Positions 10,201 through 22,700 of a DNA stretch of 64,000 nucleotides are shown piece by piece; within the stretch, counting starts at the first letter, position 1; each line of letters begins with the position of its first letter. Origin of the DNA: Geosiphon pyriformis uo1 (taxonomy: Eukaryota; Fungi; Glomeromycota); NCBI GenBank assembly GCA_016748015.1, contig JAAOMT010000375.1, forward strand, positions 2,946 to 66,945, in the 5' to 3' direction. Both the position numbers and the translations under genes were made by a program. Below the pieces are notes generated by a model. That model saw nothing but the letters and a program-made list of their open reading frames with translations. It made no database searches and was not told the DNA's origin.

Positions 10201-12872
10201 GTAGTCTGTGTTTTCCTCAATTATAATTTGTCCTTTAGCAATTCTATGGCTAGTGCTTTTTGTTTCCGGAATGGGACCCCCTTGTCAAGTGTTCTTGGTG
10301 AATTATGTTTTGTTAGTTGTCAGTTGTCACTTTGTCGCTATGGTATTGCTTTTGTGGAACAGCTTTTTCATCATAATGGTTCAATTTTTGATTGGCATAC
10401 CTTCAAATAATGGAAGAAATTAGACCCCCGTGGTTTCATTCCTTGCTGGTTTGATCTTGCTGTTGATTTTCTTAGGCACTCGGCTTTGTTTTCTTCACCC
10501 CCTTATGTTGTGGACAATCTCAAACCTTTGAATATTTTGGAATCTAGTCGGTTTGATATGGTTCACAATAATCTGCTTGGTATGGAAGCTAATAGTCTCT
10601 CTGTATACACAGATGGTTCTGTGGCTGGTCTGAGAACTACTGGCATAAAGGCTGGAGCTGCAGCCTTTTTTGAGGATGTTGGTATGGGTCTGGGGATCGA
10701 AGTTTCTGGCTTGGTTTCTTCAATTCTAGTGGAATTGCAAGCTATTGCCTTGGCTCTCGAGTGTGTTCCCCCTTTTAGTTCAGTCAATATATTTTCTGAT
10801 AGTTAAGCTGTTTTGGATGCATGCAAGTCGGAATTGGTTTTGGTGCATCCAGACTTTCGTAATTGTTACTGAATTGAGTGTCGTCACATAAAGAACATTA
10901 TTTGAACTAAAAACTTGAGTGTTGTCTGGTGTAAAGTGAAAGATCATTCTGGCATTTTAGACAATGATGTCACAGATGTGCTCACCAATTCAGTGTTACC
11001 GGAGGTTTTTGGTCTCTTTTCTGTAATGTTGTTGATACTTATTTGCTGTGAATTCACGTTTTTTGGATGTGGTTGAACCTCCAATAACTGAATTTATTTT
11101 CAAATTATCTCCTATAATTTGAACTGCTGGGCTTATAAGTGGAATGGCCAATTCCTTGCCAGTTATTTTATGTAGTTATGTTGTAGTAAACGTCAACTCT
11201 TTCCCAGGAATTGCTCATCTGAAAACTCACTAAAATGTATAGTTACTTTGCTGTGAAAGTCAACTCTTCTACAGGAATCTCGTCTGTAGGCTACCCTAAT
11301 GATTGTAATAAGAAAAAAAAAGGAAAATAAAAGAAATGTAAACGAAAAATGGAATTTTGTCAAGAAAAATGTTTTCTATCCAGGCCTGGAGTTACTAACA
11401 GTTTACTGAAATTGGTAGCTAATCAATTTCGAAATGTTAGTTGGGTTTTGGGAATTTTCCAAGTACAATAATTAAAGAATTTGGTTTTTTGAATTATTTG
11501 ATATTTATTTTTTTTTGTGTGTGTAAGAATGGTCCTAAGTGATAAGTCTAAAGTAAGATACATTTTCTCGAAGAGAGAAGCTCTTTTTTTATACAACTTG
11601 TCGTAACACTATTCTATGAACTTGAACTTTGCTATTTTCTACAATTTCACTGAACTAAAGATACATTTTGGCAAACTACAAGTTATTTCTGCGAACTTAT
11701 TAGATATTTTGATGAACTATCAATTATTTCAGTGAATTTCTATAAATTTCGGCAAACTTTTGAATGTTACATAGTTTGGGGTATTGCATGATTGATCATT
11801 GCAATTAGGTTACATTTGTGTTGTGTATAATTTGGTTTATTAATTAAATGATAATTTCGGACATTCTTTGCTAATGTAATAAGTGATAATTTGAAACAAT
11901 AATATATGCTAATTAATGATAGGAATTATAAGATAGTTTCATGCTAAATAATATCTCTAATTTCGTCTGGTAACATTGGCTTTTTCTTCTGGATGCTTTC
12001 TTTTTCCTCGTCTTAAAGAACATTTTATTTTGGCTGACAGCAGTGTGATTTCCAGTAATGCTAGGCATTTCATTTGTGGTATCTTTTGGTCCATTTATTG
12101 TGCGCGTTGGGAAGTGGGTTCTGGTTCAAAGGTTGTTGTGGATGATTTGTTGGCTGATATAGATTGGTACAGGTCTTCTCTTGTGTGGCATCTCGACTTA
12201 CACATGGCTGCTGGTTTTACAAGCAAACACACTGCTGGTGCTTGCTCATATTTTATGAAGGCTTTATACCATCAGTTGCCAGTTGTCATTTGTAAACATT
12301 TTTATGACAAGTGTTATCCTAGTATGATGTGCCTTTTTTGTGGTGATGTTAAGGTTTCTGATCACATGTTTACTTGCATTTCTGACATGACTGTTTATGC
12401 TCGTTTGTTGGATTCCCATGCAGCTATCTGGAAGTCTCTCTCTGGTCTTGCATGGTCTTCTTCATGTGTTATGCAGTTAATGTCACCTGATGCTTCCAAT
12501 GGGGTGGTGTACACTGCTCTTTATAAAAGTGTTGTTTTCAATAGTTGGTTTTAAGAAGCTGTTTCTATATTTGGTGACTCTAAGGTTGCAGGCCGTTTGG
12601 TGGTTGAATTTGTGTGGGACTTTTGTCTGGCTTTTAGAGACAAAGTTTGGTTGGTCCGTGCTAAGCATCGCACTCTCATAGAGAAGAATGGTTTGATTCC
12701 AAAGGATGGTTTCATTCCTGTTTCTGTGTCTGGGCTGTCTACTACTTTTTCTGCTGATGTAGTTAAATTATTAGGTATATCTGAAGCTTTTGGTATTAGT
12801 TCTGGATTGCATAAGACTTGTTTGTTTTTTTCTGGCATAGGGAATCTGGCTTCTGTTCATATAGGCGCTTAG
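7231..12872 (+). pseudogene. LINE ORF2: AP endonuclease, reverse transcriptase, RNase H and C-terminal Cys motif; nonsense-mutated and interrupted by a solo LTR
   Basis: Endonuclease motifs CNVRGMNN, VTETKL, IDYVL, TDHSAV; RT motifs LQDMQKAYNSV, QGEVFSP, AFVDDT; RNase H motifs VYTDGS, ELQAI, FSDS; C-terminal CLFCG..SDHMFTC. Confidence 0.92.
10994..11975 (-). mobile_element. Solo LTR, family B, inserted in the LINE RNase H domain
   Basis: TGTTACC...GGTAACA ends with flanks TCAG/TTGG. Removing it and one TSD restores the frame (TNSAFSSGCF). Homologous to 39209-40117 and 50066-51030. Confidence 0.92.
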
Positions 12873-13012
12873 TGTTGTCCTAATTGGCCTGAATGGCTGG
12901 TTATGTGTAGAAAATGCATGATTCACACCTAGTTTAGATCACTTAGTTTGATGTATTGTACTAGGTAGTGTTTGAACTTTGCTCATTAAAACTAATAAAA
13001 AAAAATATATAT

Positions 13013-13434
13013 ATATTAAGAAACTTACTTGCAAATAAAACTATTATTTATCAATTAAATCTTTTAAAAAAATAAATTTTTAATCAAGATTATCTATGTT
13101 ATTACTAATTAATAAAAGTTTTATTATAAAAATTAGGAAAAGTACTAAAGACTATTAATATTTTATGTTTTTAGATTAGAAAAATACATTAGACAATTAC
13201 AAAAATAGCTTCAAAAAAAACTCTAAATAACAGGTAAATTTTAGTTTAGTCTTTAAAAATGAGTACATAAATAATTAAAAATTAAAAAATAATTTATATT
13301 ATAATATTAAAAGAAAGTCTTTAGTATAATAATAATAATATTATACAAATAGAATTTAAGAACTTATAAAAAACTAATTGTAATTAAAACAAAATATTAG
13401 CAATTAAAATAATCAAGAAAACTATCTTATAATA
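13013..13434 (+). repeat. Old, heavily AT-converted copy of the 3' half of LTR family A
   Basis: Colinear with the reverse complement of 3333-3771; differences are almost all C>T or G>A. Confidence 0.85.
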
Positions 13435-16400
13435 TTGTATTAAATATTGTTTTTTGTAATTTTTTAAACTGAAAATTTGTTATTTGTTTAATATTGTTAA
13501 CTATAATAGTTTTTAATAAATTATCTAATAATATAGTTAAACAATATTTAAATACTGAATATAGCCAATATGTTGCTTTATAGTATAATATTAAATTGTT
13601 ATTTTCGATCAATTTTTTTACTTATTTAAGAGCTTTTTTATTAAATATTTATTTGTTGTTGTTTATATATAGTGTTTATAAATCTAATTTTTTACCAATT
13701 TTAAAAAACCAATATGTTAATAGAAGTTTTTTTTCATATTTTAAAGGTTTCAAAAATTTATTTTTTAATGTTTGATTTTATATTAAGTTATTTAAAACTT
13801 TTTTAATTTCTTTTATTGTCTAAATATCTATATCTTTTTTTTAATACTATATAAAACCAAGAATATTTAGTTTTAGTTAAACTTTTGTTTACTTTTTTTT
13901 GTTTGTAGTTTTGTATTATATTTTTTTATTATTAATTGTGATTTCTATTGGTATTGTGAATTGTTAAATTGTTTTAAATAGTTGTTGTAAAAGTTTTAGA
14001 ATTTAGTTTAAAAAGTCTATACTAAGAGTGTTTTAAGCTTTTTTTTTTATTTTTTCAATATTTATATATTTAATTTACATGATTCAATTTTCTGTAATTA
14101 AGCTGTGTTTTATAATAATAATTGGTTTTAGATTTCATAAAATATTTTTAAATTTAATTAATAAAATTTGTGTTTCTAATTAAGATATAATTAATAATAT
14201 TTTTTGTGTTATATAACAAAGTTTTAAATAATTTTTATGTGCAGTTTTTTTAAATTTCTGTTTTTCAATTATAATTCATAAGCTTTATTATCAAGAATTT
14301 TATGTATATAAAATAGTCTGTCTTATTTCAGGTTAAATTTTTTATTTTATTATTTTTTTGCTTTAATATAATATAATAATATTTTGTTTTTAATCTGAAA
14401 TTTAACTAATAGATTAAATAGATATTTATTATATCTTTTTTTTTGTTATTTTTAAGAGTTACAAATATTGTTAACTGTTGTTTTATAATTGTTTTTCAGT
14501 ATTTTTATAAGCTAATAAATTTTTTAATATAATATGGCTTTAAAATTTTTTATTATTATTGTTTTTGTTAAGAAAAAAAGTGTTTTAATTCAATAAACAA
14601 TATGGTTTTTTTCTATATACTAATTTAAAAAGTATAAATTGTGTAGTATTTTGCTTTAAAGTTTAATATGCAAATAATATTGAAGATATAAATAAGTCCT
14701 ATTTTTGTGTGTTTTTATAACTTATTTTTGCTAATGTTTTATACAATATTTAGTTAAATTTTTTAACCAATTTATTGATTTAAAAGTGATATAATAATAA
14801 AAGTTGTTTTATTCCAAATATTGGCTTAATTTTGCCAAAGTACTGTTAATAAAATAAGTTCTTTAATTAAACAACAGTTTTTTTAAACATCTATATTAAC
14901 AGATTAAATCTTGGTATATAAATTTAACTACTGTTTTAGCATCTGTTATTTAAATAGTTTGGATTTTGATTATTTGATAAGATAGTTTATGATTATAACA
15001 ATATATCAATTTTTTTTAGAGATGATTAAAAAAAATCTAATTAAATTAATTTTAATTTTATCAATTTTTAATTAAAATAAATTAAAATAATTCTATTACT
15101 TTGGCTTTTTTTTTTAACAAAAGTTATAATTATAAACATATTTAAAGATATTTTTATATATTATTAACTAATAATATAGATTAATTGTTTTTTTTAAAAT
15201 GACATTTTTGTTAAAATGTTCTATAGTTAGATTAAAATACATATTAAACAAAATTGTTTCTTTTTTTGTTTTTTTATGACTTATTATAATGTGTTGTAAT
15301 TTTGGTATTTTTATTAATATAAATGTTTATTGTAAATAAGATGGTTTTTGGCTTGTTTTTATATAGTATTTTGTTTTAATTAAGATAGTTTCTTCTTAAA
15401 TTAAAGTATTAACAAATATTAGTATAATTATTAATAAATAAATATGTTTATTTAACAAAATTAGACTTGAGTTATTTTTAATAAGTTGTCAATATTAATA
15501 TTTTTAGCTTTTTTTCTATAATGTACTTTGTAAATAATTTGTTGTAAATAAATACTCTATTTTGTATATATTTTTTTTAATTGGAATTTGCTATATAACT
15601 AAATTAATTTTTTATGATTAGTATATAGATTAAATAATTAGTGAAAATAATGTCTTCAATTTTGTATAATTTAATAAATAATAAAGTATCTTAAGTCTAT
15701 AGTACTGTATATTTTTTTGGCTTTATTAGTGTTTTGATTAACATAAGCAATAAAATATTTTTGATTATTGAATTCAAATTGAAATAAAACTGCTCTTAAA
15801 GTATTTTTTAATACATCTATAATTACAATAAACTATTTATTAAAATCCAAATAGATTAAAATTAAAGCTTTGATAAATTGGTATTTGAGATAATTAAAGA
15901 CTTTTATTGTTTTGTTTTTTATATATATATAATATATATTTTAAAAGCAAATAATAAAAAAATTTAATAATATCTAAAAAATCTTTAATAAAATGACAAT
16001 ATAATCTAATAAATTTTAAAAATTTTTAAAGTTCACAAAAATTGGTTGAAACCAAAAAATTTTTAAATTTTTAAACTTTGTTTGAGTCGAATTTTACTCT
16101 ATTTTTTTCAATAATATGTTCAAAAAACTTTAGTTTAGTTTTTTTAAAGAAATATTTGTTAAGATTAAGTTTTAATCCAATATTATAGAAGTAATTAAAA
16201 ACTTGTTAAAAGTAATATAGATGATTATTAAAGATCTTTGAAAATATATTGATATTATTTAAATAGATAACAATTGATTTCTATAAAAATTTTTTATAAA
16301 TAATATTTATTAGATATTAAAATATAACTGGGATATTGTAGAGTTCAAAAAACATTATATTAAACTCGAAGTTTCTATCTTAAATAGTAAAAACAGTTTT

Positions 16401-17100
16401 TTTCTTATAAGCTAAGTTTATTTTAATCTGCTAATATTTATTGGCTAAATTTAATAATAAAAATCATTTTTTGTTTTTTAAATTATTTAAAATTTCTTAG
16501 ATAAAAAAAATGATGTAACTATCTTTTTGGATAATATTATTGAGTTTTTAATAATTTATACAAAAACAAATTTTTTTATTTTTTTTAATAATCAAAATAA
16601 CAGATAAAAACTATAAACTTAATAATTTTTAATTAAGTTGCTATCTAATATTCACTATACTTCTTGTTTAATCAAGTTTTTTTCATTTGGGATAATATAG
16701 TAGATTTATTGTTTAATAAGTTTAGTATCTTTTATATCAATTTTATGTTTTATAATATTCATACATTTAAACTTGTTTTTGTTAACAAAGATATTAGCAT
16801 ATTGTGTTAATAAAATTTTGGGTTGTATTTGTTAAAAAGTACTTAAATTTTCAAGATTAAGTTTGTTAATTTCTTCTAAAATAAACAAATAACTTTTTTT
16901 TAATAGGTTTTATATTTAATAAATAATATTATAAAATAAAAATAGTTAAGCAAAATCAGAAATAGATTAAAACTTTTTAAAATCTTAAATGTTTATAATA
17001 TTACTAAAAAATTTTCTACTTTTTTTATAATATTGTTAATGCTATTTTGCTGTTGATTCTGCTATTTAATAAAAATTGGTAAATTTTTAATAAGTTAATT
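13435..17100 (+). mobile_element. Extremely decayed TE remnant, possibly a LINE
   Basis: Faint ORF1-like (NCVVFCFK at about 14637) and endonuclease-like traces in sequence that looks over 80% AT. Confidence 0.3.
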
Positions 17101-17149
17101 TTTTTTTCAAAGTATTTTTTTATATTTTGAATTATGTATACTGTTAAAT

Positions 17150-17696
17150 TTATGATAAAATAACCAATTTTATGCCAATTATTTATATGGTCACTTTGCA
17201 GTAAAAGTTGATTTTTTTACAAGAAAATTTTATTTATAAGCTCTTTAAAATATGTGTAGTTATTTTGCTGTAAAAGTCAACTTTTTTACAAAAATCTTGA
17301 CTGTAGACTACTTAATAATATAAAAAATCAAAAAAAATAAACTTAGAAAAGAAATAAGAAAATGTGTTAAAAAAGTTATTTCAGATTCAAGTCTAAAAAT
17401 TACTAATTATTACTGAAATTAGTAGCTAATTAATTTCAAAATGTTAGTATGAAATAGTTAATTTCGAACAAAAATAATTAAGAATTTTGTTTTTTAAAGC
17501 AGATTTTATTGGAATTAATTTGTAAAAAAAATATTTAATAAAAGATTAATTCTGAATAAATAAATTTAAGTTAAGATGTTTTTCTCAAAAAAAAAGTTTT
17601 TTTTTATACAACTTATTATAATACTATTTTATAAGCACTTTTTTTTTCTAATATTTCAGTAAATTAAAAATATATTTTATTAAACTACAAGTTATT
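17150..17696 (-). repeat. Decayed partial LTR, family B
   Basis: Shares TGTAGTTATTTTGCTGTAAAAGTCAAC, TTACTGAAATTAGTAGCTAA and AAACTACAAGTTATTT with 10994-11975. Confidence 0.75.
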
Positions 17697-18530
17697 TGTT
17701 ATAAAATACAGAGTTCTGGTTTTTTTAATTGTGTTATTTTTGTTGTATTTTTTTTTGAGCTAATAAACATAATTACTAAAGTCTGAAATTGTTTTTTTAT
17801 TTTTTATATAATCTAATAAGATAAAGTTAATATTTAAACCTAAGAGAAGCTTCTTTTTTTTATCAAGTTATCATAAAGTCTATTCTCTGATAGTTGATTT
17901 TTAATGTTACCACTTTACAAAAAATAAAATAAAAATAAAATAAAAATAAAATAAAAAATAAAAATAAAAAAAATAAAAAAATTAATATTTTAATTGTTAT
18001 AATTAAGAACAATTAATTCAAGTTATTAAGATTTCAAAGCTATTTATGTTAATAGCATCTGGTCTAAAGTAAAAATAAGAGAAACAATTAATTTGATTTC
18101 AACAATCAGAATTCTAGAATCATGTATAAGTAAATTGAATAATATTTTTATTTGATTTAATAAAAAAGTATTGAAAAAATAAGATAAAAAATTATTAAAC
18201 TAAAAATAAAAAATTTGAAAAAAATTGGTTTTTGTCTGTTTTTTTATCTGTTAAAACTACTCATTTTTATATGTATTTTTTAGTTTTATAAAATTGGTTT
18301 GAATTGCTTGTTATTATTAATTATTATTTACTATTTCTGTTATTGCTTTGTTTTTTTATATTATAATTAATTATTCTATACTATTTTATATTATTGTGTA
18401 TTATTTTGTGTTATTTTGTATTATCACGTTTTTTTTATGTTATCATGTATTAATTACGTTTTTTTTAATAGTTTTGAATAGGTTTTTTTTTAGGTAACTG
18501 TATTTTCTTTTTTTCTTTGACAATTATCAC
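17697..18530 (-). repeat. Decayed LTR of the D-related group
   Basis: Starts TGTTATA; shares TATCATAAAGTCTATTC, a (TAAAA)n block and TTATTTTGTG repeats with 48551-49627. Confidence 0.5.
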
Positions 18531-19775
18531 AAAATTCGACATATTAGTAAATATCTCTTTTTATTCAAGACCAAAAATTGTGTTTTAGTGTTTTTTGGAT
18601 TGTGTTATCTTTTTCAAAGTATATTACTAAGAGATTTGAGTACATGTTATTTAATATTGTTTTTTTTTGTGTTTTTAGATTATTTTGAGTAGGTTGTCTG
18701 TATTTTTGTAATTTCGATAATAAATAATGTTATTGTGTATAAAATATTGTCTTGTTTGGTGTTGTAGTTAATGTGTTTTACTTGAAAACCAATTTTCTGG
18801 TATTATAAGTATTTGTAAGTATTATTTAAGATTGTTTTAGTTTTCAGAATTTATTGTTTGTTGTTTTATTGCTGTTTTATTGGTTAAGTTGAATAGTAAT
18901 TGTCATTTCTAATCTTGTTTTATTTTTAAAAAACAATTAATGTTTATATAAAATTTTTTTGGTTTGTAATATATAATATATTTGTAATTTGCAAAAAATT
19001 TAGTTTATTAAGTTTGTTTGACATTTAGTTTTAAGTTTTTATTTTGGGACCAGTTGAGTTTAATATTATTCATAACAATATCAAATTTCTTAGACTTAAG
19101 ATAAAAGTCAAAATAGTATAAAATCCAAATTATTGTTGTTTTTAATTTAGTAGCAAAATATATTTTTTCTGTTGATTTTAGCATTTTGCTATTATAGACA
19201 ATTACTTTTTTATTGTTATTGTTATTTAGTTAAAATAAAATATTAAAAACTGTATATAAAACATTTATAGTTAATTGCAATCTCTTGTTAAAGTTAAAAT
19301 AATAAAAATTACTTTTAAATATCCAATTTTTTTTAATTTACTTATTTTTTTTTCTGATTTTTTTAAATATCTAAACATTTTTGTAATAAAAAATTACTTG
19401 TTAATATTTATTTGTAATTGTTAATTTTGAAGATTATTGAATAAATTTTATTGAAAAATACAATTAATATTTAATATTGAATTCTAAGAATATTAAAGGC
19501 TTTTTGTTATTTTAAAGTTGATTTATATTCAACATTTTTGTTAATTAGATAATTTAGTAATTTGGTAATTTTAAAAAATTCTTTGATGAATTTTTGGTAA
19601 TAAAATACCAATCTAATAATTTTTTTTAATTTAGTGGTATTTTTTTTTTATTACAAGTTTTACAAATGAAGTCCAACCACTATCTAGTACATAGAATTAA
19701 ACTAAGTGGAACCAACTAAATGCAGCTCACATACAGACTACATGTGGCCAGCCACTCAGACCAGACAAAACAACA

Positions 19776-22700
19776 CTACACATCTATAGTAACAAAAGCA
19801 TTACCACCCAAATCAGAGAAAAAGTGACACAATTTGTGCCTACCAAATCTAATAGCAAAAAATTCTATAACACCAAACATATAGACAATACCAGCCAACA
19901 ACATAAAAACTACATTACTGGACAAGCCAGAAACCACCCTATTATCTCCAATCAAGCCAGTCTTTTTTATCTTCACTCTATGCTTGGCCCTAATATTCCA
20001 AATTCTGGTGTGCTGCAACTTCACCACAAATTTGATGTATTCTATGAAAGTCTGAGTAGCTTTCTTCTTTCCCTCAAAAACTGAAACAGCTTCAGCATAC
20101 CAATTTTTTATTACAAAACTCTTGCACAATACTGTATAAAGACTCACATTCGAAGAACATAATGAGAGCAAAAACAGAACAGCAGATGGAGATAAACTTA
20201 AAAGACCAGACATTGACATTCATTTTTCAGCAGCATTAACCAAAATGTCTCTGCAGAAATCAGAGTCACAAGAACAAGTGAAAACATGATCAGAGAACTC
20301 CACCTCACCACATAGCAAACACAAAACACCAGGATAACTTTGGTCATATAACCTCTTTCTAACTGCAACCAGCAGCCGCTTATATACAGCTTTCATCAAA
20401 TACATGCATAAATTGGCTGATTTCCTACTGGTAAACTTAGAAAGCATGTGCAAATCAGGATGCCAAACTGTCACAATAGCATTCCAATCTATTTCCTTAA
20501 TTAAAACATTTAGAACTATATCAAAACCCAGACCAGCCTCCCAATAAGCACGGCACACTGACCAGTATAAGTCCTGAGCAAAATGACAAACATTGTCAGA
20601 TATGACAGTTTTTTCAGCAACCAGAAACCTCTCCCGAATATTAACTGGCAAAAAAAAAGATGAGAAAGTAGTCTCATTAGCCAGCGCATTAGCTTTTATG
20701 TTGCCCAATACATCTGAATGTTCTTTAACCTTCACCCATTCAATTGAAATATTTTTGTCCTTAAGAAGATTGACAATTTGCAATTTTTTGATCCAATATT
20801 GGTTATGGAAGTCAGGTGAAGTTGAAAAAGCTTCAGAAACACAGGCATCAATTGCAAATTGACTATCCAAGTACAAAACTACTAAACAAGAAGATGAAAC
20901 ACACTCCAAAGCCAAAACCACAGCTTATAGTTCAGTTAAAATAGAGAACAAAAATCCAGTGACCTTAACTCCAATGTCTGCATTTGTAGCTGAAAAGTAT
21001 GCAGCCACTTCATTTGTCACCTCAACAGAACCAGCATATTTCAAAGACCCATCTGTAGAAACCTCAATGCAATCAGACCACACCTTCAGTAGACTATCAC
21101 GAATTTCAGAGAAACTATCAGAATCCAAAACACTCAGGACTTCTCTCTTAGCAGCAGTAGTAGCACTGACTCTCAAAGAAACAGCATTGTTCATAAAATC
21201 AGACATCAAAGAAAACCAGTAAGACACAAGACCTTTTGGGTCCAATTATTTCCAATGCCAAAATGTTTTCCAGTCCATCATCTTTCTTTTCTTGTTAAGA
21301 ATTTTGTCTCCAAAAGCAATACCAAAATGCTTCAATAAAAAAACGAATTCATAATACAAAGACTGACCCAAAATGCCAGATAATAGAAAATCACCAGACC
21401 CACGAAAGGCACAAGGTAAATTATTTGCTAAAGACAATTCATTCATCAAAAAAATCTTCACCATTCCCACCAAAAAATTGTTTACAGGACTAACTCACAA
21501 CCTAACAGGAAATTGCAAAGGATTCAGAGGAGACCATCCCAGAACTTGCAAGTCCAAAACTCTATGATCAAACAATCATCCAAGAATGCCATGACTATTA
21601 GAAAATAAAATCAGTGATGCCAGCTTTCCTTCAGACTGTACTTGCTCAAAGGGCTTCAAATCATATAAAGAAAGATGATACAAGATCTCATTGGGAAAGT
21701 CACACAGTAAACCAGCTTTGGCTCTAAGATCTTTTCTAACCATGATATCCCACTTATGACACATATCTAAAGTAACAAAACTGAACTGCATATGATAGCT
21801 AACAATGGGTTGCAAAACTGCCAAAACCAAATAACAGAATTGTTTGTCTGTAATAGCTTTCCTTAACACTACATTAGAAAAAAACCTGACATTCTTATAG
21901 GCTTAAGCCAAACTGGACTTAGAAAAACCCTTAGTTAACAGGAAGATACCCAAATACCAGTGTGACTCACTCTTTTTAGCAATCAAAATTGGTGATCCAT
22001 TGATTAATAGTAAAGCATCCCTAACTCTCTGATTGATAGGAATTGCTACCGTCTTATCATTATTAATTGAGATGTTATTGATTACAAAAAATTCACTTGT
22101 AATGTTCAAAATATACTGTGTAGATGCTTAACTATTACCAATCCAAATTGTATTATCAACAAAAGCATCTGCAGCTAAAAAAAAAGTTTTTCCACCACTT
22201 ACTTCAATCCTGCCAGACTTTGCCACAAACTTAAAATCAATTTTATACCTGCACAAGTGCCTATGCTTTTTCACTTTACACAAAAGTGGATCATAAAATA
22301 TCTTCCAAAGCAGCAGAGAAAAGACCTCTCCTTAATCCAACCTATCATGTACTTTATAACCATCTGAGAGCCCAAAATTGGTCATCACCCTGTTGACCCA
22401 GTCCCCATGAATGCTGTCAAAAAATTAGATAAAACGTTCACACATTTTGATACAATGCAAGCTTGCTTGCAAATGATACCAGCCCACTGAATTATAAGCT
22501 TTGCGCATATCCTGCAGCACTAACCAAAGCTCTCTGTTTTTCTCCAGAGTATTCTCAATGACTAAGTCAATAGCAAAAATAGGAGACTGGGTTAAAATAC
22601 CCTTCAACACCAAAAAATTGTTACCATGAAGAACATTAAACTTGCTACAAGCCAAAGATATCCAATTAGATAGGATCTTAGATAGTATTTTATGTGTTGT

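Larger units (their letters stand above)
5301..13005 (+). mobile_element. Full-length non-LTR retrotransposon (LINE) with ORF1 and ORF2 (APE-RT-RNase H-Cys), inactivated
   Basis: Pyrimidine-rich 5' end shared with the second LINE, ATGA overlap of ORF1 and ORF2, 3' UTR, and poly(A) at 12997-13005. Confidence 0.92.
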
